From an uncultured virus (IMG/VR IMGVR_UViG_3300043958_000209) (Duplodnaviria > Heunggongvirae > Uroviricota > Caudoviricetes), in IMG/VR virus record IMGVR_UViG_3300043958_000209: a DNA stretch of 20,000 bases. One strand, given 5' to 3'. The position numbers and the translations under genes were made by a program. The notes below the pieces were generated by a model. The model ran no database searches. It was given only the letters and a program-made list of their open reading frames with translations, and had not been told where the DNA came from. Shown piece after piece: positions 1-7,787 of the stretch. How positions within the stretch are numbered: the first letter of the stretch is position 1; each line of letters begins with the position of its first letter.

Positions 1-937
1 ATGGTTGTCTGCTTGCGGTCGGAGTACCATGGATGTTTGCCGTTTTGCAAAAATCCATAGAGGATTGGTTCGTGCTGCCATTGGTAATCGGAACGACCGA
101 GTACGAGGGAATTCTTTACCCAGATGCAAACACCGGCGAGGTGGAAGCCTGTGTCAATGAAGGCTTTCCTGAAGGTGAGACCTTCGGTATCCGCATGGAA
201 GCAGTAGGCGGCACCACCTTTTTCAAGGTGGTCGGCCATGTTCTTGAACGCGGAAAGCAGGAAGTTGTAAAACTCCTCGCCCTTTAAGCTGTCGTTTTCA
301 ATGGTCAGACCATCCGAGGCTTTGAAGGAAACGCCGTAGGGTGGATCAGTCAGGATCAGGTTGGCGCTCTTTCCATCCATGAGCAGGTTCACATTGTTGG
401 CAGAAGTGGCATCGCCGCACATGAGACGATGCTTTCCAACAGCCCAGATGTCGCCGCGTTCCACAAAGGAGGCTTTCTCCAGAGCGGCGGTCAGATCAAA
501 GTCGTCATCCTCGACATCCTTATCCGCACCGCCATCAAGGAGCTTCTCCAGTTCATCGGCACCAAAGCCAAGAAGCGAGAGATCAAAAGCGGAATCCTGC
601 AGATCGGATAATTCTACGGACAGCATTTCTTCATCCCAGCCTGCGTTCAGAGCCAGCTGATTGTCCGCAAGAATATATATGCACGCTTCTGAGCGTCCGT
701 CAGGTTCTCTGCAAAGACGCAGGGCACGGTTTCATAGCCTTCCGCGCGGGCGGCTTCGATTCTGCCGTGTCCGACGAGGATGTTGTAGTCAGCGTCAATG
801 ACGGCGGGGCTTACAAATCCAAATTCACGGAGGGATGCACGAAGCTGTGCAATCTGTTCTTTACTATGCGTCCGGGCATTTCGGACATAAGGCACCAATT
901 TATCAATGGGTACCTGTTCCAATTTTTGTGTGTTCAT
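1..937 (-). pseudogene. ParB-like N-terminal domain fused to an N4/N6 DNA methyltransferase; frameshifted and running off the window edge
   Basis: ORF 647..937 is ParB-like (PYVRNARTHSKEQI...GHGR...AYI). At (AT)4, 673-680, the read is GCA TAT ATA TTC TTG where GCA TAT ATT CTT GCG GAC AAT would give AYILADN. The shifted frame continues LADNQLALNAGWDEEML...HRLMCGDAT...LILTDPPY (DPPY at 336-347)...WVKNSLVLGRSDYQWQHEP to base 1. Confidence 0.9.
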
Positions 938-1489
938 TTACATTCCCTTTCTGGCCTGCAGGAGCCGTTCCATCACGTCGTCCTGGGGATTGAGCCCGCT
1001 GTATTCGGCGGAGCAGTTTTCCTTTACGATCTGAAAAATTTCATTCCACAGGCGGCTTGCCTGATTCATGTAGTTGATGCCAATGTTGATGAAGGGTGAA
1101 GGGATCGGCTTCCCAGTCGTCGGATGCTTGCTCAGGTATCCGAGCCGAGTGGTCATCTCTTCACACTGAATCCATCTTGCAGAGCACATCGCGTATCGCT
1201 CCAGAAGCTGTGGAGATACCGCTTTTGCTACGCCGAGCTTATCCAGCCATTCCCATGTTTCCCGATAGATATCACCGGCTTCCAGCGTGGAGCCGTCATG
1301 CTGTTTGGCAGATAGAAAGTCATGCGGGGTTGGCATGTCCTCGCCTTCGACATCCGGGATGTCCAGCACAGAGAGATCTCTGCCGCCTGGATTTCCGTTT
1401 TCGTATTTTTCTTTGACGGCGGTCTTTTTCCGGCCCGCACTGGGACGTCTGCCGCCGCGACCGCCTGTGTTATTCGATTTTGTCGGCAT
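938..1489 (-). CDS. terS: Phage terminase small subunit, P27 family
   Basis: N-terminal GGRGGRRPSAGRKK, ENGNPG, SKHPTTGKPIPSPF and C-terminal DDVMERLL are typical of P27-type TerS. ATG at 1489 follows an AAGGAGG RBS, and the gene lies downstream of HNH. Confidence 0.85.
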   Translation of the reverse strand: MPTKSNNTGGRGGRRPSAGRKKTAVKEKYENGNPGGRDLSVLDIPDVEGEDMPTPHDFLSAKQHDGSTLEAGDIYRETWEWLDKLGVAKAVSPQLLERYAMCSARWIQCEEMTTRLGYLSKHPTTGKPIPSPFINIGINYMNQASRLWNEIFQIVKENCSAEYSGLNPQDDVMERLLQARKGM

Positions 1490-1509
1490 GATTTTCAACC
1501 GCCTCCTTT

Positions 1510-1600
1510 ATTACCCGTTTGAAATCGCCTTTTTTGCACGCAAGAGGGGGCGCCGTTTTCCGGGGTCTAAAGCAACAGAGATGGAGATCACCCCTGCCGC
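1510..1600. other. Putative packaging (cos) region upstream of terS
   Basis: GC-rich non-coding segment (minus strand ...GGGGTGATCTCC...CCCCGGAAAACGGCGCCCCCTCTTGCGTGCAAAAAAGGCG...) directly upstream of terS, where cos lies in HNH/P27 cos phages. The exact cut site cannot be determined from sequence. Confidence 0.45.
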
Positions 1601-1634
1601 ACTGCATAAATGTTTTGCAATGTTTTACATAGTG

Positions 1635-1663
1635 TTGACACCTCTTGCATTCGAGATTATACT
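1635..1663 (+). promoter_or_regulatory. Sigma-70/SigA promoter for the relB/dinJ-like gene
   Basis: TTGACA (1635-1640), 17 nt, TATACT (1658-1663). RBS AAGGAG at 1680-1685 precedes ATG 1695. Confidence 0.8.
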
Positions 1664-1694
1664 ATCCATAGCAACAAGAAAGGAGTGAAGAACT

Positions 1695-1970
1695 ATGTCT
1701 ACTACCAATATCAATGTCCGAGTTGACTCTTCCCTCAAGCAGGAGGCTGAGGAACTTTTCAATGACCTTGGTCTCAATATGTCCTCCGCCATTACGATGT
1801 TCTTAAAGAGCGCTGTCAGTCACGACGGCATTCCCTTTGAAGTGAAGCGTCTGACGCAGAACGTCGAAACGATGGCGGCTCTTTCTGAGTACAAAGCGAT
1901 GAAGGAGAGCCCTGACCTTTACAAGTGCTACAATTCCTTTGAGGATTCGGTCAAGAACATAAGTGAATAG
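1695..1970 (+). CDS. RelB/DinJ family type II antitoxin with no adjacent toxin
   Basis: MSTTNINVRVDSSLKQEAEELFNDLGLNMSSAITMFLKSAV..DGIPFEV is the RelB/DinJ ribbon-helix-helix signature. Confidence 0.9.
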   Translation: MSTTNINVRVDSSLKQEAEELFNDLGLNMSSAITMFLKSAVSHDGIPFEVKRLTQNVETMAALSEYKAMKESPDLYKCYNSFEDSVKNISE

Positions 1971-1987
1971 TGTTAAAAAAATGTTTC

Positions 1988-2408
1988 ATGAAGGCAACGG
2001 TGAATAATTATCAAAAAAATAAATATCATTCAAAATCTACTTTTATGGATAGGGCTATTTCTTTTAATATTAGTTATATTGGAACAGACCAATGTGATTA
2101 GCTTTGGGCGTTTCACACTAAATCCTTATGCCCCAACAACTACTGCTCAAATAAATTCTTATGAAAATCTTATAGTTTCACTATGTTTCTTAGGATATTT
2201 TTTTATAATTGCTTCACTGGTTATAAAAATATATAAATCGAAAACAAACATTGCCATCAAAGATCTTCAAGGTAAAAATAGTACTCTCCTAAAGCTTTTA
2301 CGTTTATTGTTAAAGATCATATGCGTGATACTCATTCTGTTAATAATCGCATTCTCCATCCTTATTGTCATATTAAATTCCGTAAATGTTAGTAACATTC
2401 CAATTTAA
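1988..2408 (+). CDS. Small membrane protein with about 3 TM helices; start uncertain, possibly frameshifted
   Basis: The frame of ORF 2079..2408 is open from 2004 and adds a hydrophobic helix (LLLWIGLFLLILVIL) upstream of the called TTG. Two more hydrophobic segments follow. ATG 1988 joins this frame if one A is removed from A7 at 2013-2019. The region is very AT-rich. Confidence 0.55.
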
Positions 2409-2411
2409 AAG

Positions 2412-2444
2412 AGGTCAACGACACTATTGGGGTATCGTTGACCT
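2412..2444. terminator. Hairpin between convergent genes, probably a bidirectional intrinsic terminator
   Basis: Perfect 10-bp inverted repeat AGGTCAACGA (2412-2421) / TCGTTGACCT (2435-2444) between the stops at 2408 (+) and 2453 (-). Confidence 0.7.
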
Positions 2445-2452
2445 TCTCTCTA

Positions 2453-4768
2453 TTAATTGCTCGGATTCTCCATGAAATCCGCAAACACATCTGCCAATAT
2501 TTCAGCTTCCTCTTTTGTTGGCAATTTATCTGCTTTCGCAGCTTTAAGCAGTAAACTTGTATTTAGATTTTCAATCGCATAAAAATCAATTCCGTCCGCT
2601 AACTTTTTAAAAGCACTGATCACATTTTCTCTTGAAGAATCAAATCTTTCTTTGTAGAATCTCTTTATTCTATTAGCCTTACTGTTTTTGTAGGTCTCAG
2701 CTACACTATCCGAAAGATTGATTGTTCCCTTGCTTGCAATCAAATATGCATCTGCATCTCCCAGTACATCGTCAAATCCAAAGCCTTTACCATCTGTTTT
2801 ATTTCCAAGATGTTGCCTTAACCAAGTTTTCAAATCTTGGTTCTTTGCTTCCTTATCATAAAAGCCCCAAATCTGAAGCAAATCCAGCGGCCATCCGCCC
2901 AAATCTCCTAAACTATAATCAGCCTTGTTATCTGAGAATCCCCAGTGGATATATCCCAAGATGGTAGCCGACATATGAGCGACATCAATACTTGTCACTT
3001 TTTCTTTGATGTCAGGTTGTTCAGCACAAGTAATCTGGCAGGCAGCTCTTGCCCCTGTTTCATTTTGATCTGTCCCAGTCTCAGGTGTATATAGCTGCCA
3101 CAATCCAGCATAGCTGTCTCCCCAATATTCCGGTTTTCTGAGATATTCAAGAATTGCTCTTCCAATGACATAATTGTATCCATACCAAGGTGACAAAATA
3201 TTTTTAAAATTATTACTGCACGCCTTCTCTGTTACTTTTAGCCAGTTAATGAAACTAACCTCATCTCCTGAATATTCTTCCTTTGGCAGAACAGAACTGC
3301 ACGGCGGATTGTTCCCGCTAAAAGCAACTTTATCTAAATCCCAATTACCACCATATCCAGAAATTTCATGAAATTGATCATAATTCCAGTTGTTAGGAAT
3401 TGGAAAACCTAAGTTGCCGCTAAATCCAGTCGACATATCCGATACAAAACTTGTTATAGCATATCCAGCCTTTGCCACTCTTGAACAAACATTTCTTGAT
3501 GCATAAATACCAACGGAATATCTTGCATCAATCGTTTCATTGATCCCCCGGAAATAAGGAATAATATTGCTGTCAATTTGATAGTCGTAAATATCCATAT
3601 CCACTGCAAAATATATTACTGTAGACGGTATTCCTTTTTCTAATGCAGCTTTGCTGGCAATTTCCCCATGTTCACAACCTTTGGCGTATGTAAATTCATT
3701 AAGGTCTCTTCCGTTTTCCTGAAAAATCGGAAAATATTTCATTCCTCCATTTACAATCCTATTTAACTCGCCCTCTCTTGTTTCTTTAAACGATCCCCCA
3801 GTCAAATATCTGCCAACAATTTGATAACCATCAGATCTGAGTTTATTCAAAAATTCCGATGTGACTTCAAATCGGGTATCGCACGCCGTTGCAGATCTAT
3901 CTGGATTTCCCTTGCTGGTCAGCAATGACATCCATGTATCAGTGTCAATTTTCCCAGTGACTGAAATCTGATAATCATCTTGGAATTTGAATAAATTGTT
4001 TTCAAAATCACTATCCCATGTATTGTTCTGCGTACATGTATAGCCGATACAATTTAATGCGGACTTGGCAAGCCATACCCAGCTTCCATTCAACGAAGCG
4101 TTGCCAGAATCAATTGTCTTCAGCTTACTTTTTGTTCCAGATCCAAAATTACCAGTAGCACCACTCGGTGAATATCCTTCAAGCGATTGAAGCACCTGAA
4201 TCAATGCTTTATTCATTTCTCTACCATATAAACCGTCTGTAGGAATAATCCCTGTGTAATTGCTGTATTTTCGATTTATTTCCTGCTGAATACTTCGTAT
4301 GGAGGATTTACCGCCATACGATGATAGCAATACAAACTGCTGCATAGACAGCAGAGCCTTCATGATATCAACTGTGACGGTAGAGTCGCCACCAATTCCC
4401 ATGTCGGATTTTAATTTCTCGATGCCTTTTCCTGTCCCACCATAAAAGTTTTGAGTGATATGTGCTCCTGTAGAATACCCCTTGCACCAAAGTGCGCCTT
4501 GAATGACAGAATACACGTTTGATTTTGTTGTATCATTATCATTCTGCTGCCTGATTCCAGACGGCCACTTCTGAGAGAATAATCGCTGTGTACTGGGTCC
4601 GAAATTATTAGCTGTACTCTGAATTCCTAATTCAATCTGTAATGCACGCGTCAAGCCATAAATTGTTGGCCATCCTGTTTGCCCGTTTTCCGTAACACGC
4701 TGATATCTGCTGTCACTCCCATAAGTGTCGTTAAGCCACTGTTGCGTTTCCAAAACCATTTGATCCAT
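2453..4768 (-). CDS. YbfG/YkuG(FadG)-like protein: peptidoglycan-binding repeats, DUF1906 (Rv2525c/GH25-like) glycoside hydrolase domain and an unassigned C-terminal domain
   Basis: MDQMVLETQQWLNDTY...GQTGWPTIYGLTRALQIELGI...NFGP, DGLYGR, ACDT, VGRYL, FPIFQ, IYFAVDMD, GIYASRN and SFVSDMSTGFSGNLG.P.P.NW..DQF match the Bacillus YbfG/YkuG pattern. ATG 4768 follows GGAGGTG (771 aa). No signal peptide seen. Confidence 0.85.
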   Translation of the reverse strand: MDQMVLETQQWLNDTYGSDSRYQRVTENGQTGWPTIYGLTRALQIELGIQSTANNFGPSTQRLFSQKWPSGIRQQNDNDTTKSNVYSVIQGALWCKGYSTGAHITQNFYGGTGKGIEKLKSDMGIGGDSTVTVDIMKALLSMQQFVLLSSYGGKSSIRSIQQEINRKYSNYTGIIPTDGLYGREMNKALIQVLQSLEGYSPSGATGNFGSGTKSKLKTIDSGNASLNGSWVWLAKSALNCIGYTCTQNNTWDSDFENNLFKFQDDYQISVTGKIDTDTWMSLLTSKGNPDRSATACDTRFEVTSEFLNKLRSDGYQIVGRYLTGGSFKETREGELNRIVNGGMKYFPIFQENGRDLNEFTYAKGCEHGEIASKAALEKGIPSTVIYFAVDMDIYDYQIDSNIIPYFRGINETIDARYSVGIYASRNVCSRVAKAGYAITSFVSDMSTGFSGNLGFPIPNNWNYDQFHEISGYGGNWDLDKVAFSGNNPPCSSVLPKEEYSGDEVSFINWLKVTEKACSNNFKNILSPWYGYNYVIGRAILEYLRKPEYWGDSYAGLWQLYTPETGTDQNETGARAACQITCAEQPDIKEKVTSIDVAHMSATILGYIHWGFSDNKADYSLGDLGGWPLDLLQIWGFYDKEAKNQDLKTWLRQHLGNKTDGKGFGFDDVLGDADAYLIASKGTINLSDSVAETYKNSKANRIKRFYKERFDSSRENVISAFKKLADGIDFYAIENLNTSLLLKAAKADKLPTKEEAEILADVFADFMENPSN

Positions 4769-4786
4769 ATTAACACCTCCATATAA

Positions 4787-4815
4787 TGTATATTGATGAA
4801 CCATCAGCTATTCAA
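4787..4815 (-). promoter_or_regulatory. Candidate promoter of the YbfG-like gene
   Basis: Minus strand TTGAAT (4815-4810), 17 nt, TATACA (4792-4787). The spacer contains the palindrome TGATG-GTT-CATCA. Confidence 0.4.
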
Positions 4816-4862
4816 TTTTTGTCTTTACATAATAAACACCCCCTTTACTTCGAATTCCTTAG

Positions 4863-5222
4863 TCAGCAACGAATTTGTCTGTCACCCATCTCGAGATGGA
4901 TTTTCGTGTGGCACGAACGACATAGACTCATGAGATTGCTCTCGTCGTTCGTTCCTCCCTCGGAGAGAGGAATGATGTGGTGGACTTCCTCGACCGCCAC
5001 GTAGCGTCCTTCCTTCAGACACTGCTCACACAGCGGATGCTTGTGAACGTAGCGGTCACGGATTCGTTTCCATGCTCTGCCGTACCTCTTGCCGGAGGAG
5101 TAACCGCGCGTGAACTTCTCGTAGTGTCGCTGCATAACCTTGGCATGTTCTTCACAGTACAGACCATCAGTCAGCTTCGGGCAGCCGGGGTAGCGGCACG
5201 GCCTTTTGGGTTTCCTTGGCAT
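4863..5222 (-). CDS. Phage HNH endonuclease (packaging-associated)
   Basis: MPRKPKRPCRYPGC...YCEEH...RYGRAWKRIR...PLCEQC...EVHHIIPLSEGGTN...NLMSLCRSCH. ATG 5222 follows AAGGAGG. Confidence 0.92.
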   Translation of the reverse strand: MPRKPKRPCRYPGCPKLTDGLYCEEHAKVMQRHYEKFTRGYSSGKRYGRAWKRIRDRYVHKHPLCEQCLKEGRYVAVEEVHHIIPLSEGGTNDESNLMSLCRSCHTKIHLEMGDRQIRC

Positions 5223-5245
5223 GGCCGCCGCCTCCTTCCTTGCAT

Positions 5246-5278
5246 AACAAAAGCCCTGCAGTGTTTCCTGCAAGGCTT
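5246..5278 (-). terminator. Terminator-like hairpin in the late leader
   Basis: Minus strand AAGCCTTGCAG-GAAACA-CTGCAGGGCTT followed by TTGTT, between the late promoter and the HNH RBS. Confidence 0.55.
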
Positions 5279-5318
5279 AGGGGCTGCGCGTGCAACCGTT
5301 CTTTATTCTGTTTCGCTG

Positions 5319-5369
5319 ATTATATACTATCATAATGGCGGGGTGGACATCTTTGGACAAAGCAGGACA
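5319..5369 (-). promoter_or_regulatory. Activator-dependent late promoter with three phased TGTCC repeats
   Basis: TATAAT on the minus strand at 5324-5319 with no good -35. GGACA on + at 5345, 5355 and 5365 (exact 10-bp spacing), immediately downstream of the DUF1492/RinA-like gene. Confidence 0.65.
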
Positions 5370-5382
5370 TTTCGGGCGCATT

Positions 5383-5811
5383 TCATATAATGATGGGATG
5401 CTCCGGCAGAAAGGCATGCTGCAGAGCCTTGCCATGCCAGCGACGAATCGTGCGGGCGTCAGCACAAAGCTCGATGCCGATCTGCTCCCAGGTTAGTCCA
5501 TGAATGTAACGATACTTTAAAACCATGCGTTCATCCGTGTCCGGCACAGCCTCGATGACCTCACGGATCTGTTTCTTTAGGTCGGAGAGGGTTTCAAGCT
5601 CTGCCGCGATCCTGTTTTCCAGATTCCACATCTTTTCCAGCGTCCGGATAAAGGGCGCGTCCGTAGATCGGGATGTCTGTACACGATCCTTGTCATATTG
5701 GATTGCCGACACGCTGCCAGCCATCACCCGGAGGTTCTGTACTTCCATCGTGTCAGACTTGATCTTCTGGTCAAGGCGATAAGCCTGATGAAGATATTCT
5801 TTTACGGTCAT
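5383..5811 (-). CDS. DUF1492/RinA-ArpU-like phage late transcriptional activator (sigma region 4-type HTH)
   Basis: MTVKEYLHQAYRLDQKI...ERMVLKYRYIHGLTWEQIGIELC..ARTIRRWHGKAL, located between the replication and packaging modules. Confidence 0.8.
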   Translation of the reverse strand: MTVKEYLHQAYRLDQKIKSDTMEVQNLRVMAGSVSAIQYDKDRVQTSRSTDAPFIRTLEKMWNLENRIAAELETLSDLKKQIREVIEAVPDTDERMVLKYRYIHGLTWEQIGIELCADARTIRRWHGKALQHAFLPEHPIII

Positions 5812-6032
5812 TTTGACTTCGCCTCCTCTCGCAGCTTTTGTATCAGGTAGTCGCCGTCCACACTGGTGATGGTCTGATACCAGGCAGAATGGAAAAATCG
5901 TTCTATTTCCATCGCAGTGGACATGGCGTCTGTATTCTGCGGCTTTTTCTTCAGACGCTTTAAGGCATCCCGATAATCCTTCAATGCCTGCAGAACGATG
6001 GAATTGATAAGATTTTCATATGGCCTTGTCAT
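5808..6032 (-). CDS. Conserved phage hypothetical protein
   Basis: 74 aa (PYENLINSIVLQALKDYR...ERFFHSAWY...VDGDYLI) with 4-nt overlaps to both neighbouring genes. Confidence 0.8.
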   Translation of the reverse strand: MTRPYENLINSIVLQALKDYRDALKRLKKKPQNTDAMSTAMEIERFFHSAWYQTITSVDGDYLIQKLREEAKSK

Positions 6033-7384
6033 CGCGGCACCTCCAGATCCACCTTGACAGCATCAATCAAAGCGGACTGGGTCAGCTCCTTTTTGGAGAG
6101 TGCCTTCAGGATGCGTTCATCAATGGTGCCTTTGGTAATGATGTGCTGGATGACCACGGTATGAGACTGTTGGCCTTGCCGCCAGAGCCTTGCATTTGTC
6201 TGCTGGTATAATTCCAACGACCATGTAAGTCCGAACCAGACAAGCGTGGATCCACCCGCTTGCAGGTTTAGGCCGTGTCCGGCTGAGGCAGGATGAATGA
6301 CTGCTACAGGAATCTTTCCCGCATTCCAGTCAGCAATGTCCCGACTTGTCTTGATTTCCCGGACATTGAAGCAATTCTTGATCCGGGCCAAATCATGCCG
6401 GAACCAGTAGGCCACCAGAAGCGACTTTTCATTGGCAGCCTCGATAATATCCTCCAAAGCGTCCAGCTTCCGGTCATGGAATTCCATGATCTCGCCGGTA
6501 TCAGAATAAATGGCACCGTTCGCAAGTTGGGAGAGCTTCCCTGTCAGCGCGGCAGCATTTGTAGCGGTTATTTCGCCGTCCGGCAACTGCAGGATTAACT
6601 TCTGCTTTAAATTCTCGTATCGGTCACGCTCGGTATCCGAAAGCTCTACTTCATATTGCGTCGAAATGAGCTCTGGCATTTTCAGGTGGTCGGTGGACTT
6701 CATGGAAATCGTGATATCTGAAATCCTCCGGTAAATGGCATCTTCTGCGTAGGGCAGCGGTTTATAGGAATAGATGATTTCGCCGTTTCGCTTGTCCGGG
6801 ATAAAATAATTCATCCGGTACTGTGTGATAAAGCGTCCGAGGCGCTGTCCCATATCCAGCAGTTTGAATTCTGCCCACAGATCCATAAGTCCGTTGGAAG
6901 AAGGTGTGCCGGTAAGACCGATGATCCTGTGGATATAGGGACGTACCTTCATCAGGGATTTGAAGCGTTTTGCCTTGTTGTTTTTAAAGGATGAGAGCTC
7001 ATCTATGATTACCATGTCAAAATCAAACGGGAATCCGGAATCGTCAATCAGCCACTGCAGGTTTTCGCGGTTGATGATTGTGATATCGGCGCTTTGCATC
7101 ATGGCAGCTTTCCGTTCCTTGACAGTCCCGACTGCAACCGCATAGGTCAGACCCGAAAGGTGCGACCATTTTTCTATTTCGGAAGGCCAGGTATCACGGG
7201 CAACTCGGAGAGGCGCTACCACAAGGACTCGATGGATTTCAAAGCTGTCAAATAGAAGGTCAAAGATCGCCGTCAGGGAGATGATCGTTTTTCCAAGACC
7301 CATATCTAACAGGACAGCCGCGATGGGGTGGGCCTCAATATATTGGATGGCATAAGCCTGATAATCATGTGGTTCGAATTTCAT
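6029..7384 (-). CDS. SNF2-family DEAD/DEAH-like helicase
   Basis: Motif I LDMGLGKT, motif II IIDELS, motif III GLTGTP, motif V SAGHGLNLQ, motif VI QTNARLWRQGQ. Confidence 0.93.
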   Translation of the reverse strand: MKFEPHDYQAYAIQYIEAHPIAAVLLDMGLGKTIISLTAIFDLLFDSFEIHRVLVVAPLRVARDTWPSEIEKWSHLSGLTYAVAVGTVKERKAAMMQSADITIINRENLQWLIDDSGFPFDFDMVIIDELSSFKNNKAKRFKSLMKVRPYIHRIIGLTGTPSSNGLMDLWAEFKLLDMGQRLGRFITQYRMNYFIPDKRNGEIIYSYKPLPYAEDAIYRRISDITISMKSTDHLKMPELISTQYEVELSDTERDRYENLKQKLILQLPDGEITATNAAALTGKLSQLANGAIYSDTGEIMEFHDRKLDALEDIIEAANEKSLLVAYWFRHDLARIKNCFNVREIKTSRDIADWNAGKIPVAVIHPASAGHGLNLQAGGSTLVWFGLTWSLELYQQTNARLWRQGQQSHTVVIQHIITKGTIDERILKALSKKELTQSALIDAVKVDLEVPR

Positions 7385-7646
7385 TCAGCATTCCTCCAAT
7401 CTGCTCCGGGTTGTCAACGACATAGACCTTAAAGCCAAGCCGCTGAAGCAGCCGGTGCCTTGAGAGCTGGAGCTGGCGCGGCAATTTTCCCGGAGCCTTA
7501 AGTTCTGCAAAAGCGATATGGCCGTCAGGGAGTAAGATCAGACGGTCGGGCATTCCTGCAAATCCCGGAGACACGAACTTCGGTGCAATCCCACCGGCCT
7601 TTTTTACTGCCACTGTTAATCTGTTTTCTATCTGTTTCTCGTTCAT
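7365..7646 (-). CDS. VRR-NUC domain nuclease
   Basis: EKQIE...KFVSPGFAGMPDRLILLP...FAELKAPG...LQ, a PD-(D/E)xK VRR-NUC pattern. Confidence 0.9.
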   Translation of the reverse strand: MNEKQIENRLTVAVKKAGGIAPKFVSPGFAGMPDRLILLPDGHIAFAELKAPGKLPRQLQLSRHRLLQRLGFKVYVVDNPEQIGGMLNEIRTT

Positions 7647-7683
7647 TGGTAACCTCCGTCAGGCGCTTAATTACTGGAAGGTG

Positions 7684-7774
7684 CAAGGTGTATCAATGGT
7701 ATTTACTGAACTTTTTCTTATAGCTTTTTTTATTGCCCTAAGAGAGTTTTTATATAAGACCTTGATACACCTTG
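7684..7774. repeat. 13-bp inverted repeat around an AT-rich spacer; candidate replication origin
   Basis: CAAGGTGTATCAA (7684-7696) / TTGATACACCTTG (7762-7774) with a 65-bp A/T-rich spacer, directly downstream of the primase-helicase gene. Confidence 0.65.
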
Positions 7775-7787
7775 TCATTCAGGACTA

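Noticed and set aside
33..1688. Several plus-strand ORFs (33..287, 361..660, 767..1099, 1096..1416, 1287..1688)
   Set aside because: They are antisense shadows of the methyltransferase and terS genes with no protein-family features.
2453..4768. YbfG-like gene as the phage endolysin
   Set aside because: It is outside a lysis module, has no co-oriented holin, differs in GC content and has its own expression signals, so it is treated as cargo.
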